A stretch of 64,000 bases of DNA from the NCBI GenBank assembly GCA_963668675.2, contig CAXXMB010000002.1, positions 2,144,001 through 2,208,000 on the forward strand. The letters run 5' to 3'. Below the pieces are notes generated by a model. The model ran no database searches and had not been told where the DNA came from. It was given only the letters and a program-made list of their open reading frames with translations. Made by a program: the position numbers and the translations under genes. This DNA comes from an uncultured Desulfatitalea sp. GTDB lineage: Bacteria > Desulfobacterota > Desulfobacteria > Desulfobacterales > Desulfosarcinaceae. Each line of letters begins with the position of its first letter. Position 1 is the stretch's first letter. Below are positions 12,018 to 23,041 of the stretch, piece after piece.

Positions 12018-13838
12018 ATGCAGACCCCATACCAAAGGCGACACCAAAATATGCAAAAGACAAGGTCCAGGCTGATGAACATTTTCAGTATGGCACCCGA
12101 TCTGAAAACGATACTGCTCTCCGAGCAGGTCATCGAATCTAAAAAAGAGGCCATAAGAAACTGGCTGTCACAACAGTTGTCGGAAACCTATGAAGCCGAT
12201 CCGGATATTCCCCCGCTGAAGTACATTTTAAGACGCGACGCCATCGATGTTTTTCGCAAGATTCTATCCCAGCGCAATGAAAACCTTGCCGGCTACAGCC
12301 TGATCCAATATGTCAACGATCTCCTCTCGGGAGATGGTCGGGTCCAAAAGCCCAAAGCGGCATTCCTGGCTGAACTGGAGCATCTGATCAAGGGGATCAC
12401 CGGTAGATCTAAGATATACGAAGAGAAGATTCCTGCATTTAAGAAGCACCAGGGAACGCGGGCTGCGAAAATGCGGTCGACCGATCTCTCCCGCATGGCA
12501 AGGGGAGCCGAACGGCACATGCGCAACTATGTCTGCGGACTGGACAACGAAGCCATCCGGCGCAGAAGCAGAAACAAATACCGGGTCTTAAAGTATTTCA
12601 ACGCCACCGAACTGGAGTGGAAAAAGTGGCAGTGGCATGTACGTCATATCATTCGCAATGCCGATGTCCTGAGATCTTTGATCAAACTTTCGGATGAAGA
12701 GTATGAAGCGGTTCGCCTGGCCCGCCAACTTCGGATTCCTTTTGGGATCACACCCTACTATCTCTCCCTTCTGGATAACGAGATGGGCTCCTTGAGGGAT
12801 CGTGCAGTGCGTGCCCAGGTTATTCCCAGTTTACACTATGTGCAGAGTTTAGCCGCTTTGAAAGCGCGTAGTGACCACTCCATGGATTTCATGCTCGAGC
12901 ACGAAACGTCTCCCATCGAGGCCATCACACGACGCTATCCCAATATTGTTATCCTCAAACCGGTTCTCACTTGCCCCCAGATATGCGTCTACTGTCAGCG
13001 CAACTGGGAGATCGAAGATGTCTACAGCCCGCAATCGGTGCTTTCAACGAAAAAGCTCAATGCGGCCCTCGATTGGATCGCAAAAACGCCTGAAATTAAC
13101 GAAGTGCTGATCACGGGTGGTGATCCGCTGCTGCTGGCCAACAAGAAAATAGAGGCGATTCTCTCCCGTCTGGCGGCCATGCCGCACATCCTGCGCATCC
13201 GTATCGGTACGCGTACACCGGTCACGCTTCCCCAGCGTATCAGCGATGCCTTGGCTCGAAGCGTCAGCCGTTTTCACATCCCCGGCAAACGGGAGGTGAT
13301 CATCGTGACGCACTTCGAACATCCCTATGAAATCACTCCCCAGGCCATGCAGGCGGTGCAGCAGTTCCGGAGATACGGGATGGAGGTTTATAACCAACTG
13401 GTTTTCACCTACTACAATTCGCGCAAGTTCGAAGCCTGCCTGCTGCGCCAGAAGCTTCGCCTGATCGGTGTGACCCCCTACTACACCTTCAATACCAAAG
13501 GCAAAGAGGAGACCAAAGACTTCAGGGTACCCATCGCACGCTTGATACAGGAGCAGAAGGAGGAGTCCCGACTGATGCCCGGCACCGTACGCACCGACGA
13601 GATCGTTTTCAACGTTCCCGGGCTGGGCAAGAACTACCTGAAGGCCTCCCAGCATCATGACATCATTTCCGTGATGCCGGACGGCAGGCGCGTCTACGAA
13701 TTCCATCCCTGGGAGAAGAAACTCTCCCTGGTCGACACCTATGTTTACCGGGATGTTCCTATCTATGATTACCTGAAGCGACTCAAGGCCGACGGCGAGG
13801 AGACGGCTGATTACAGGACGATCTGGTACTATTACTGA
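12018..13838 (+). CDS. KamA family radical SAM protein (lysine 2,3-aminomutase-like) with long N-terminal extension
   Basis: ITPYY, ITRRYP, CPQICVYC, LITGGDPL, RIGTRTPVTLPQRI, THFEHPYEI and VPGLGK motifs. Confidence 0.88.
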   Translation: MQTPYQRRHQNMQKTRSRLMNIFSMAPDLKTILLSEQVIESKKEAIRNWLSQQLSETYEADPDIPPLKYILRRDAIDVFRKILSQRNENLAGYSLIQYVNDLLSGDGRVQKPKAAFLAELEHLIKGITGRSKIYEEKIPAFKKHQGTRAAKMRSTDLSRMARGAERHMRNYVCGLDNEAIRRRSRNKYRVLKYFNATELEWKKWQWHVRHIIRNADVLRSLIKLSDEEYEAVRLARQLRIPFGITPYYLSLLDNEMGSLRDRAVRAQVIPSLHYVQSLAALKARSDHSMDFMLEHETSPIEAITRRYPNIVILKPVLTCPQICVYCQRNWEIEDVYSPQSVLSTKKLNAALDWIAKTPEINEVLITGGDPLLLANKKIEAILSRLAAMPHILRIRIGTRTPVTLPQRISDALARSVSRFHIPGKREVIIVTHFEHPYEITPQAMQAVQQFRRYGMEVYNQLVFTYYNSRKFEACLLRQKLRLIGVTPYYTFNTKGKEETKDFRVPIARLIQEQKEESRLMPGTVRTDEIVFNVPGLGKNYLKASQHHDIISVMPDGRRVYEFHPWEKKLSLVDTYVYRDVPIYDYLKRLKADGEETADYRTIWYYY

Positions 13839-13841
13839 TTC

Positions 13842-16800
13842 ATGAAATTCATTGCCGATTTTCATATCCACTCCAAGCACTCCCGGGCGACATCCCGTAA
13901 GCTCGACCTGGAGCATCTTTACATTGCGGCCCAGATGAAGGGGATTACGGTGATCGGCACGGGCGATTTCACCCACCCACTCTGGTGGGAAGAGCTCTCC
14001 ACCAAGCTGGTGCCGGCCGAAGAGGGGCTATTCGCCCTCGATTCCCGGATCGCGCGTTCATGCGATGAACGGGTCCCGGCGGCCTGTCGCGGGCCGGTAC
14101 GGTTCATGCTGGTCACCGAGATCAGCAATATCTATAAAAAAGATGATCGGACCCGCAAAAATCACAACCTGGTCTTCATGCCCGACATGGCTTCCGCACA
14201 GCAGTTCAACCAGAAACTGGATGAGATTGGCAACATCCGTTCGGACGGGCGGCCCATCTTGGGATTGGATGCCCGCAACTTACTGGAGATCGTCCTGGAC
14301 ACTTCAGATCTGGCCTATCTCGTGCCGGCTCACATCTGGACCCCCTGGTTTTCGCTGCTCGGTTCCAAATCGGGTTTCGATTCGCTCGAAGCGTGTTTCG
14401 ATGATCTGAGCGAACACATCTTCGCCGTCGAAACCGGCCTCTCATCGGATCCGCCCATGAACTGGCGCGTCTCCGGCCTCGACCGCTTCACCCTCATCTC
14501 CAATTCGGACGCCCACTCGCCAGGTAAACTTGGGCGCGAAGCCAACCTGCTCGATGTTGCGCTGGGGTTTACGACCATCCGAAACGCCCTGGAGAGCGCC
14601 CATCCCGACCAACTCCTGGGTACGGTGGAGTTCTATCCGGAAGAGGGTAAATACCATGTGGATGGGCATCGCAAGTGTCAGTTCCGTTGTCTTCCCGGCG
14701 AAACCCATTCCCTGGACGGTATTTGCCCTGTCTGCGGCAAGCCGCTGGTGCTGGGAGTGCTCTACCGTGTGGAGCAGCTGGCCGATCGGCATGAGGGCGC
14801 CAAGGCCCCCAAAGCCCGCCCATATGAGCGACTCATTCCCCTGGAGGAGGTGCTGGCTGAAACGTTCCAAACTTCAGCCGGTACCAAGCGGGTGCAGCGC
14901 AGCTACGGACAACTGCTCGAAAAACACGGCAGCGAGTTCGATATTTTACGATGCGTGGCCGTTGAAGATCTGCAACAGAGTGGCATCCCCCTGCTTGCCG
15001 AGGCGATCGAACGCATGCGCAACGGGCGGGTTATTTTCGATCCCGGCTATGATGGCGAGTTCGGACAGGTGCGCATTTTCGATTCCAACGAACGGCGCGA
15101 GCTGATAGGCCAGCGTCCGTTGTTCGCCATCCCGGATTGCGAAAGCAAACCAGCGGGTTGCAACGCCAAAGTAACCCATAAAACGGCAACAACCGGAGCA
15201 GATGCCCTCACTTCGAACGAAGAGGTGCAGCCACCACCTCCAGGCGGCATCGGACTCAATCCGGAGCAGCAGCGCATTGTCGACCATGCGAACGGGCCGA
15301 TTATCATCGCTGCAGGACCGGGCACGGGTAAAACACGCACCATCACCTGCCGCATGGCCGCTTTGATGAACGAACGGCAAGTGCCGGCCGCTGAAATACT
15401 GGCCGTCACCTTCACCAACAAGGCGGCCCGCGAAATGTCCCAGCGCCTGACGGCCATGCTCGCCCCTGGCGCGGCGATGCCCACCATTGCAACCTTTCAT
15501 GGATTGTGTCGGAAAATTTTAAAAGAGCGGAAGCCCTCCTTCACCGGAACGCTGGCGGACGATGAGATGCGCCAGGCGGTGATGGCCGATGTCATCGATC
15601 GGGTTAAACGTATCTATCCAGAAAAAATGGTCTCCTTGGGCACGGCAGTCGATTTTGTGATCGAAGCCAAGCAGCAGCTGCTAAGACCCGAAGCGGACTT
15701 GAGCGCGATCTGCCCCGAAGGTGAGGATCTCGTCCAACTGCAATCCATCTATCGCAACTATGCAATGTTGATGCGGCTGCAGGAGATGGTCGATTTCGAA
15801 GATCTCATCCTTGAAGCCGTAGATGGACTCGAAAAGGACCCTACCTGGCGGCGGCAGTTGCGGTCACGTTTCGTTCACCTCTTTGTGGATGAGTTTCAGG
15901 ACATCAACCACGGCCAGTATCGACTGATACGCCTATTGGCACCGGAACAGGCCAATCTTTGCGTGATCGGCGATCCCGACCAGGCCATCTATGGCTTTCG
16001 GGGGTCGGATGTGCGTTTTTTTTCTAAATTTTCAAAGGACTATCCGGATTCCCGGCGGATCGGCCTCACCCGTAACTATCGATCGACCGAAGCGATTTTG
16101 CGCAGCGCCTATCAAACCATCGCGTCTATGCATAGTCGTGGTGATAACGTCAGGGATAGCTCCGGAAATGGGCCTGGCATGGAAGCGACGGAGGATGCGC
16201 ACCAGGCGGTCCATTCGCACTTGTCCGGAAAAGAGACGATCTCTATCCTATCCTCGGCTTCGGCCCGCTCTGAGGCGGTGGCCATCGGCATGTTGATCGA
16301 ACAGATGGTGGGCGGCACCGGATTTCACGCCATCGATTTCGGCAAGGTGGAGGATCACTCCGGAGAGCACAGTTTTTCTGATTTTGCTGTCCTTTTCCGC
16401 ACTACCGCCCAGGGGCGGCTGATCGCCGAGGTGCTTCGCCAGGCCGGCATCCCGTGTCAATTGGCCAGCCGGGAGGTGCTTGCCCACAAACACATCGTGG
16501 TAAAGATGATATCCCTTTTGCGCGTGATGGCGGGACGGGGAAGCTATGCCGATCTCAGCCAGTTGACCGATCTGAAGGCACCAGGTATTAGCCGGGAAAC
16601 GTTGAGCGGATTCAAGTCATGGGCCTACGACAAAGAGCTGCCCCTGGAGCGGGCCATTTACATCGCTGTGCGCATGCCCATTCAGGAGCTCTCCACCACC
16701 CGCCAGCAGCGGCTGGTCGATTTTATTCGTTGGATTCAAACCCTGAGAAGCGATTGCACGGATCTCTCCGTCTCCGCCACCATCCAACAGGTGCTGGCCA

Positions 16801-17267
16801 GAACGACTCTGTCGAATCAGATAAGCGAGGACGATCTTCAAATCGTTCTATCCGGAGCGGATCTCTACGACACCGATATGGAAGCATTTTTAGACGGTCA
16901 GGCGCTACAGACCGATACCGATCTCTATCGACCCGAAGCCGAACGTGTGGCCCTGATGACCATGCACGCCGCCAAGGGACTGGAGTTCAATGTGGTGTTC
17001 GTGACCGGTTGTGAGCAGGGGCTGGTGCCTTATTGCCCCCCTGGCGGTGATCCGGGCGATCCGGACGAGGAGCGTCGCCTCCTCTTCGTGGCCATGACCC
17101 GGGCCAAGGAGCAGCTCTTTTTGTCATGGGCACGCAAACGCACCCTTTACGGCAAAACCGAGCAGCGGCAACGCTCTTGCTTTTTGCGTGATATCGAATC
17201 GCAGTTGGTGGAGCAGCTCACACCGCCGGGCGAGAGACCCGTTCAGCGGCAGCTCTCCCTTTTTTAA
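13842..17267 (+). CDS. Endonuclease Q-like PHP domain fused to UvrD/PcrA-type helicase
   Basis: N-terminal ADFHIHSKHSRA, GTGDFTHP, SNSDAHS, GKYH and CPVCG; C-terminal AGPGTGKT, VDEFQD, GDPDQAIYGFRG, NYRS, TMHAAKGLEF and VAMTRA. Confidence 0.92.
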   Translation: MKFIADFHIHSKHSRATSRKLDLEHLYIAAQMKGITVIGTGDFTHPLWWEELSTKLVPAEEGLFALDSRIARSCDERVPAACRGPVRFMLVTEISNIYKKDDRTRKNHNLVFMPDMASAQQFNQKLDEIGNIRSDGRPILGLDARNLLEIVLDTSDLAYLVPAHIWTPWFSLLGSKSGFDSLEACFDDLSEHIFAVETGLSSDPPMNWRVSGLDRFTLISNSDAHSPGKLGREANLLDVALGFTTIRNALESAHPDQLLGTVEFYPEEGKYHVDGHRKCQFRCLPGETHSLDGICPVCGKPLVLGVLYRVEQLADRHEGAKAPKARPYERLIPLEEVLAETFQTSAGTKRVQRSYGQLLEKHGSEFDILRCVAVEDLQQSGIPLLAEAIERMRNGRVIFDPGYDGEFGQVRIFDSNERRELIGQRPLFAIPDCESKPAGCNAKVTHKTATTGADALTSNEEVQPPPPGGIGLNPEQQRIVDHANGPIIIAAGPGTGKTRTITCRMAALMNERQVPAAEILAVTFTNKAAREMSQRLTAMLAPGAAMPTIATFHGLCRKILKERKPSFTGTLADDEMRQAVMADVIDRVKRIYPEKMVSLGTAVDFVIEAKQQLLRPEADLSAICPEGEDLVQLQSIYRNYAMLMRLQEMVDFEDLILEAVDGLEKDPTWRRQLRSRFVHLFVDEFQDINHGQYRLIRLLAPEQANLCVIGDPDQAIYGFRGSDVRFFSKFSKDYPDSRRIGLTRNYRSTEAILRSAYQTIASMHSRGDNVRDSSGNGPGMEATEDAHQAVHSHLSGKETISILSSASARSEAVAIGMLIEQMVGGTGFHAIDFGKVEDHSGEHSFSDFAVLFRTTAQGRLIAEVLRQAGIPCQLASREVLAHKHIVVKMISLLRVMAGRGSYADLSQLTDLKAPGISRETLSGFKSWAYDKELPLERAIYIAVRMPIQELSTTRQQRLVDFIRWIQTLRSDCTDLSVSATIQQVLARTTLSNQISEDDLQIVLSGADLYDTDMEAFLDGQALQTDTDLYRPEAERVALMTMHAAKGLEFNVVFVTGCEQGLVPYCPPGGDPGDPDEERRLLFVAMTRAKEQLFLSWARKRTLYGKTEQRQRSCFLRDIESQLVEQLTPPGERPVQRQLSLF

Positions 17268-17393
17268 GGTTCATGCCAGTATGATAGAAACGGCATATCT
17301 GTGCCGGCAATTTATACTGGACAACCGTTGGAACCCATGGCACTATCGCCTCGGCTTCGTATTCCCTTCGCAAGAGAGAACGTTGTAACAGTT

Positions 17394-18296
17394 ATGGCTG
17401 ATACGGTAATTCAATTCAATGGTCACGAACGCCTGTTGACCAAGGTCAAAAACTATCTGCACGCCATGGATAAACTGATCCAGGACGGCGATCAGGCCCT
17501 CGGGCTGTTGATCAAAGCGCTGGATGTGGCTGATGATGAGACCAAGCTCAGAATTGTCCTGTTGTTGGGTTCCATAGCCTCCGACCAGTCTGTCTGGCCG
17601 CTCTATCGTCTGATGACCGACCTGAACCAGCACGATACGATTCGCCATGCGGCGGCTTCGCAATTGAGCATGGTGGGCGGCGTGGTACGGGATGTCGATG
17701 CTTTGGTGGACAATCTCATCGCAGATCTGGCGTATCACCATGCCGCCGTGCGTGCCGCTGCCGCATTCGCATTGGGATGGGAGGGCAATCAGCGGGCGGT
17801 GCCTCCCTTGGTAGATGCCCTTTGCGATCCGGATCCGGAGGTTCAGCAGGCCGCTGTGGGCGCTCTGGCCAATATCGGCGACGAACGCCTCTTCGACACA
17901 CTGGCCAAGGCCATGCAGCGCAGTTCCAAGGAACAGCAGCGCTGCATATTGTACCATTTGAGCTGCTTCAAATCGCGCCATCAGGAGGTGGTCGAGATCT
18001 GTGGGGGCTATTTGAATCAGTCCGACGCAGACCTGCGCTATGATGCCCTGGTGGTGCTCGACTCGGTGTGCGGCACCCAGAAGCCGCTGCATCTCTATCT
18101 GCAGTGCCTCGAAGATGATGATTTGAGAATCAGGGAGCAGGCATTGCTCTACCTGGCCGGAGCGGACAGAAGCCACCTCAGACGCAAGAATATGGATCTG
18201 TGCGTTCTTCCCCTTGCGCAGGACAGATCGCCCAACGTGCGCCAGGCCGCCATCCGGCTCCTCAACCATATCGGGCACGGACCTGTCGCCGTGTGA
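17394..18296 (+). CDS. HEAT repeat protein
   Basis: Repeated VR.AAA.ALG and L.D.D..V units. Start uncertain (ORF track 17301). Confidence 0.8.
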   Translation: MADTVIQFNGHERLLTKVKNYLHAMDKLIQDGDQALGLLIKALDVADDETKLRIVLLLGSIASDQSVWPLYRLMTDLNQHDTIRHAAASQLSMVGGVVRDVDALVDNLIADLAYHHAAVRAAAAFALGWEGNQRAVPPLVDALCDPDPEVQQAAVGALANIGDERLFDTLAKAMQRSSKEQQRCILYHLSCFKSRHQEVVEICGGYLNQSDADLRYDALVVLDSVCGTQKPLHLYLQCLEDDDLRIREQALLYLAGADRSHLRRKNMDLCVLPLAQDRSPNVRQAAIRLLNHIGHGPVAV

Positions 18297-18354
18297 CCCG
18301 GGACGTCTTCTAAGAGAGCCATATCCCTAAAACCCAACGACAACCAAGCCGTTC

Positions 18355-18993
18355 TCATCCTGGCAGCCAGGTTTCGTGGGACGACTCAAACTGTGAGATC
18401 TTCTCTTCGTGTTGGAGGGTCAGGGCGATGTCGTCCAGACCGTTGAGCAGCTGCTCTTTTGCGCCGGCATCGATCTCGAATCGAAACGAGACCTCTTGGG
18501 GGGCGTGGATGGTCATCTGCTGGGTGTCAAGGTCGACGGTGGCCTGCAACCCCTTGTTGGCGGCTACCAGAGCGAAGATGGTATCGACCTCCGATTCGGA
18601 CAGCTCGATTGCCAGCATGCCGTTTTTGGTGGTGTTGGTTTGGAAAATGTCGGCAAAGGCGGGCAGCCGCTTGCCGTTCACCTCTTTATAGGGGGCGATG
18701 ACCGCCCGGTAACCATCCTGGACCAGCGCCCAAACAGCGTGTTCGCGGCTGGAGCCGCAACCGAAGTTGTTGCGGGCCACCAGGATCGAACGGCCTTCGA
18801 AGCGGGGCTGGTTGAGCTCGAAGCCGGGATCGGGTTTTCCATCGGAGGTGTAGCGCCAGTCGAAAAAGGCGCTGGGACCATACCCGGTGCGCTTGATCGA
18901 TTTGAGGAACTGCTTGGGAATGATGGCATCGGTGTCAACATTGGATCGGTCCAGGGTGGCGATGATGCCCGTATGGCTTTTGAAGGGTTGCAT
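18355..18993 (-). CDS. leuD: 3-isopropylmalate dehydratase small subunit
   Basis: [25 protein letters not shown] and GLDDI motifs. Confidence 0.97.
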   Translation of the reverse strand: MQPFKSHTGIIATLDRSNVDTDAIIPKQFLKSIKRTGYGPSAFFDWRYTSDGKPDPGFELNQPRFEGRSILVARNNFGCGSSREHAVWALVQDGYRAVIAPYKEVNGKRLPAFADIFQTNTTKNGMLAIELSESEVDTIFALVAANKGLQATVDLDTQQMTIHAPQEVSFRFEIDAGAKEQLLNGLDDIALTLQHEEKISQFESSHETWLPG

Positions 18994-19011
18994 CGGTTCA
19001 TTCTCCTTATC

Positions 19012-20421
19012 TTAGGCGTCCAGCCACTTGCGAATATCGACGAACTTTCCGGCCACCGCCGCGGCCGCAGCCATTTCGGGACTCACCAGGTGGGTGCGCC
19101 CGCCTTTGCCCTGACGACCTTCGAAATTGCGGTTCGAGGTGGAGGCGCAGCGTTGTCGGGGCCGTAACTGGTCAGGGTTCATTCCCAGGCACATGCTACA
19201 GCCGGCATTGCGCCACTGGGCACCAGCGGCTTTGAAGATGCGGTCCAGTCCCTCGGCCTCGGCCTGTCGGCGAACCTGCATCGATCCGGGTACCACCAAT
19301 AACTCGACGTTGTCGGCCTTTTGTCGGCCGTCCAGAACGGCGGCCGCCAGGCGCAAGTCCTCGATGCGCGCATTGGTGCAGCTGCCGATGAAAACCACAT
19401 CCACGGGCACGTCGGTGAGGCGGGTGCCGGGGGTAAGGCCCATGTAGGCCAGGGCGTTCTCCACATCGGCACGGCTGTATCCCTCGGCCCCGTCGGGGCC
19501 GGGAACCGGTTGGTCGATATCGATCACCATGCCCGGGTTGGTGCCCCACGTCACCTGGGGTTTGATCCGGCTGCTGTCGATGGTGATGGTCTGGTCGAAA
19601 TGGGCGTCATCATCGCTCGGCAGGGTTTTCCATTGGGCGATGGCACTATCCAGGCGCTCCCCCTTAGGTGCGAAGGGGCGATCGCCAGCCGCAATGTAGT
19701 CGAAGGTGGTCTCGTCCGGAGCGATCAAACCGGCCCGGGCACCGCCCTCGATGCTCATGTTGCAGATCGACATGCGCGCCTCCATGGAGAGGGCGCGAAC
19801 GGTTTCACCGCAATACTCGAGCACATGACCGGCACCGCCGGCCGTGCCGATAGTGCCGATCAGCTTCAGCACCATATCCTTAGAAAAGACGTGGGGGGCC
19901 AGCTGGCCTGTGAACTCCACTTTGTAGGTGTTCGGTTTTCGCTGGACAAGGGACTGGGTCACCAGCACGTGCTCGACCTCCGAGGTGCCGATGCCGAAGG
20001 CCAGGGCCCCGAAGGCACCGTGGGTCGACGTGTGAGAGTCGCCGCACACGATCGTGAGGCCGGGCAGAGTGAGTCCCAGCTCGGGGCCGATCATGTGCAC
20101 GATGCCCTGGCGCTCGTCGCCAAGATCGTAGAGGCGGATGCCGAAATCGCGGCAGTTGGTTCGCATGGCGTCGACCTGGGCCCGGGAGATGGGGTCTTTG
20201 ATCTCCATGCGGTCATTGGTGGTGGGAACATTGTGGTCCATTGTGCCGAACGAAAGGTCGGGGCGGCGCACCTGGCGGCCGGCCAGCCGCAGACCCTCGA
20301 AGGCTTGGGGGCTGGTCACCTCGTGGACCAGATGCCGGTCGATGTAGAGCAGCGCACCGCCATCGGGCAGCGCTCGTACCGTGTGCGCGTCCCATATCTT
20401 ATCAAACAGTGTCTTACCCAT
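19012..20421 (-). CDS. leuC: 3-isopropylmalate dehydratase large subunit
   Basis: [27 protein letters not shown] and [12 protein letters not shown] motifs. Confidence 0.97.
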   Translation of the reverse strand: MGKTLFDKIWDAHTVRALPDGGALLYIDRHLVHEVTSPQAFEGLRLAGRQVRRPDLSFGTMDHNVPTTNDRMEIKDPISRAQVDAMRTNCRDFGIRLYDLGDERQGIVHMIGPELGLTLPGLTIVCGDSHTSTHGAFGALAFGIGTSEVEHVLVTQSLVQRKPNTYKVEFTGQLAPHVFSKDMVLKLIGTIGTAGGAGHVLEYCGETVRALSMEARMSICNMSIEGGARAGLIAPDETTFDYIAAGDRPFAPKGERLDSAIAQWKTLPSDDDAHFDQTITIDSSRIKPQVTWGTNPGMVIDIDQPVPGPDGAEGYSRADVENALAYMGLTPGTRLTDVPVDVVFIGSCTNARIEDLRLAAAVLDGRQKADNVELLVVPGSMQVRRQAEAEGLDRIFKAAGAQWRNAGCSMCLGMNPDQLRPRQRCASTSNRNFEGRQGKGGRTHLVSPEMAAAAAVAGKFVDIRKWLDA

Positions 20422-20688
20422 GTCGTTCTTCCTCGGTTTGATGATGGATGTTGGTTAGGGTGGCCTAAGGTGGCATAACATGAGAACATGTATGGTATAA
20501 GTCAACCCGGCCGATCGGGCAAGTCGTAACCTTCGGTCCAGCGTCGTCGGACTGGTCATGGGCCAAACGATGATTATACTACCCCCCATTACCCTACGTC
20601 CGGGCACAAAAGGGACAAGGCTGCACGCACACACGCAGCGCGCGTCAACACGTAGCTTGACTGGAATTAAGATGAAGGAAGAGATGCC

Positions 20689-22413
20689 ATGATCACAGGC
20701 AAAGAGTTGGTTCTGAAGGCGCTCAGGGATAAAGGCGTCCAATATGTGTTTGGCTACACGGGCGGTGCCATCATGCCGATCTTCGACGAGATGGGGCGCC
20801 AGAACTGTTTTACTTTCATGATGGCCCGCAACGAGCAGGGGGCCACCTTCATGGCCCAGGGGCTGTCGCGGGCATCGATCACCACGGCGCGACCCCAGAT
20901 CGGCGTTTGTATGGCGACCTCTGGCCCCGGTGCCATGAATCTTGTCACCGGCATCGCTGACGCCATGATGGATTCGGTGCCTGTGCTGGCCGTGACCGGA
21001 CAGGTCGGCACGGGCGTCATCGCCACGGACGCTTTCCAGGAGAGTGACGTGGTGGGGGTGATGATGCCGCTGACCAAACAGACCTATATGCCGCTTTCGG
21101 CGGCCGAGATCGAAGAGACGCTGCACGAGGCGATCTATGTCGCCCTCACCGGCCGGTGCGGACCCGTGGTGGTGGATATTCCCAAGGATGTCCAGGTCCA
21201 GGAGGTGCCGGACGACTACCACTTCGACCCGGCCGCCTACGAACCCGATCTGCCGGGCTTTTACTACTCTCCTGCGCCCGAGCGCGATCAGTACCGCCGG
21301 GCACTCGCTCTGATCAACAAGAGCGAGCGCCCCATCATTCTGTGCGGTCACGGCGTGGTCAACCGCAACGCCGGCGCCGATCTGCAGCGCTTTGCCGAAA
21401 AGGCGCGCATCCCCATCGCCTTTACCCTGCATGGTCTGTCGGCCCTGCCGATAGACCAGCCGTTGAGTCTGGGGATGGTGGGCATGCATGGAACGGTGGA
21501 GGCCAATCGGGCCCTGCTCGATGCCGATTTGATCATCTCTCTGGGTATGCGCTTCGACGACCGCGTCACCGGCAATCTGGACGACTTTGCCATCGATGCC
21601 CAGGTGATCCATGTAGAGATCGACCCGTCGGAGATCGACAAGAACGTCACTGCCACGGTGGCTTTGAATGCCGATGTCGGCGAGGTGATGCGTCTGCTGG
21701 CCAAGGATCCTGAGATTGTCGCCAAGCCACGGCGCGCCTGGTTGAAGGCTATCGGCGGATTTCGTCAGGAGACGGCCGGCGAAACCGCGGCGGAGATCGA
21801 GGCTGGCGTTGGCCAGGAGGGGCAGCTGCTGATGAAGCATATCGTGCACCGGCTGTCCGAGATCACCAAGGGGAAGGATCTGATCGTTTCGGATGTGGGC
21901 CAGCACCAGATGATTCTGGCCCGCTTCTACAACTTTCAAACCCCCAACAGCTGGTTCGCTTCGGGTGGCGCCGGAACCATGGGGTGTGCCCTGCCCATGG
22001 CCACAGGGGTCAAGCTGGCCCGCCCCGATGAGCGGGTGTGGGCGATCATGGGCGATGGTGGTTTTCAGATGAACATGCAGGAGTTGGGCGTGATCATGGA
22101 GTATGGTGTGGATATCAAAATCCTGCTCTTCAACAACGGCTACCTGGGCATGGTGCGCCAGTGGCAGACCCTCTTCTACGATGGCCGCTACGCCGGCACG
22201 CCACTGAAGAATCCGGATTTCGGGGCGATTGCCGGAGCCTATGGCATACCCTATCGCCGTGTGACGGATAAGGAGCGGGTGGCTGATGCCATCAGGGAGG
22301 CCGCCGAACACGAAGGTGCCATTATGGTGGAGTTTTTGTGCGACCCGAGCGAGATTGTTCTGCCAATGGTACCGGCCGGCGGCGGCATTGCCGATATGAT
22401 TGTAAAAAAGTAG
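20689..22413 (+). CDS. ilvB: Acetolactate synthase large subunit
   Basis: FGYTGGA, TSGPGA, DAFQE, RFDDRVTG, DVGQHQM, GDGGFQM and GMVRQWQ motifs. Confidence 0.96.
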   Translation: MITGKELVLKALRDKGVQYVFGYTGGAIMPIFDEMGRQNCFTFMMARNEQGATFMAQGLSRASITTARPQIGVCMATSGPGAMNLVTGIADAMMDSVPVLAVTGQVGTGVIATDAFQESDVVGVMMPLTKQTYMPLSAAEIEETLHEAIYVALTGRCGPVVVDIPKDVQVQEVPDDYHFDPAAYEPDLPGFYYSPAPERDQYRRALALINKSERPIILCGHGVVNRNAGADLQRFAEKARIPIAFTLHGLSALPIDQPLSLGMVGMHGTVEANRALLDADLIISLGMRFDDRVTGNLDDFAIDAQVIHVEIDPSEIDKNVTATVALNADVGEVMRLLAKDPEIVAKPRRAWLKAIGGFRQETAGETAAEIEAGVGQEGQLLMKHIVHRLSEITKGKDLIVSDVGQHQMILARFYNFQTPNSWFASGGAGTMGCALPMATGVKLARPDERVWAIMGDGGFQMNMQELGVIMEYGVDIKILLFNNGYLGMVRQWQTLFYDGRYAGTPLKNPDFGAIAGAYGIPYRRVTDKERVADAIREAAEHEGAIMVEFLCDPSEIVLPMVPAGGGIADMIVKK

Positions 22414-22488
22414 GAAAGTGTGAACGTGGGAAAGTATAACGTACTGGTATTCTGCCGCTTTCCACTCTTAACGTTCATACTTTCCTAC
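22410..22488. repeat. GTAG-type inverted repeat (REP-like)
   Basis: GTAGGAAAGTGTGAACGT ... ACGTTCATACTTTCCTAC, 17/18 complementary. Confidence 0.7.
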
Positions 22489-22547
22489 TACGGTGCGGTT
22501 GCATAGAGGTTCAGATCAGCGCCAACGAAGTTCGCAGGAGATAAACA

Positions 22548-23033
22548 ATGAGAAGTAATAATCCCAAACGCCGCGCCATTCTTGCATTTGTGTTGAACCG
22601 TGCAGGCGTGTTGAACAAGATCTCCATGTTGATTCGTCGCAAGATGTACAATGTGGATACACTGACTGTGTGCGCTACCATGCAGCCGGGCATCAGCCGC
22701 ATGACCTTGACCCTGAGGGAGGAGAGCGATGCCAAGGCGCTGCAGGTGATCAAGCAGCTTGAGCGCATGACCGAGGTGGTTTCGGCCAGGGAGCTGGACA
22801 CGGACCAGAGCTTCTGGCGTGAGGTGGCCATCGTCAAGTTCGAGGCCGAAGAGGCGCTCATGGAGCGGCTGACCCAGGCGTATCCACTGGAGATTCTTGA
22901 CCGGCAGAACCATGAGCTTTTTGTGGCCCAGATTGCGGGTACCTCCCAACGCATCGATGAGTTTCTGTCGGCGGTGGGGAGGGATAAGGTTATTGAAGTG
23001 GCCCGCTCCGGGTTTACCGCGCTTGAGAAATAG
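22548..23033 (+). CDS. ilvN: Acetolactate synthase small (regulatory) subunit
   Basis: ACT domain NRAGVL..ISRMTL, KQLER, RE..IVK and EVARSG; follows ilvB. Confidence 0.92.
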   Translation: MRSNNPKRRAILAFVLNRAGVLNKISMLIRRKMYNVDTLTVCATMQPGISRMTLTLREESDAKALQVIKQLERMTEVVSARELDTDQSFWREVAIVKFEAEEALMERLTQAYPLEILDRQNHELFVAQIAGTSQRIDEFLSAVGRDKVIEVARSGFTALEK

Positions 23034-23041
23034 GAGAAGAG

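Noticed and set aside
20455..22311. 618-aa minus-strand ORF
   Set aside because: Antisense shadow of ilvB; expected from GC-rich codon bias and has no recognisable motifs.
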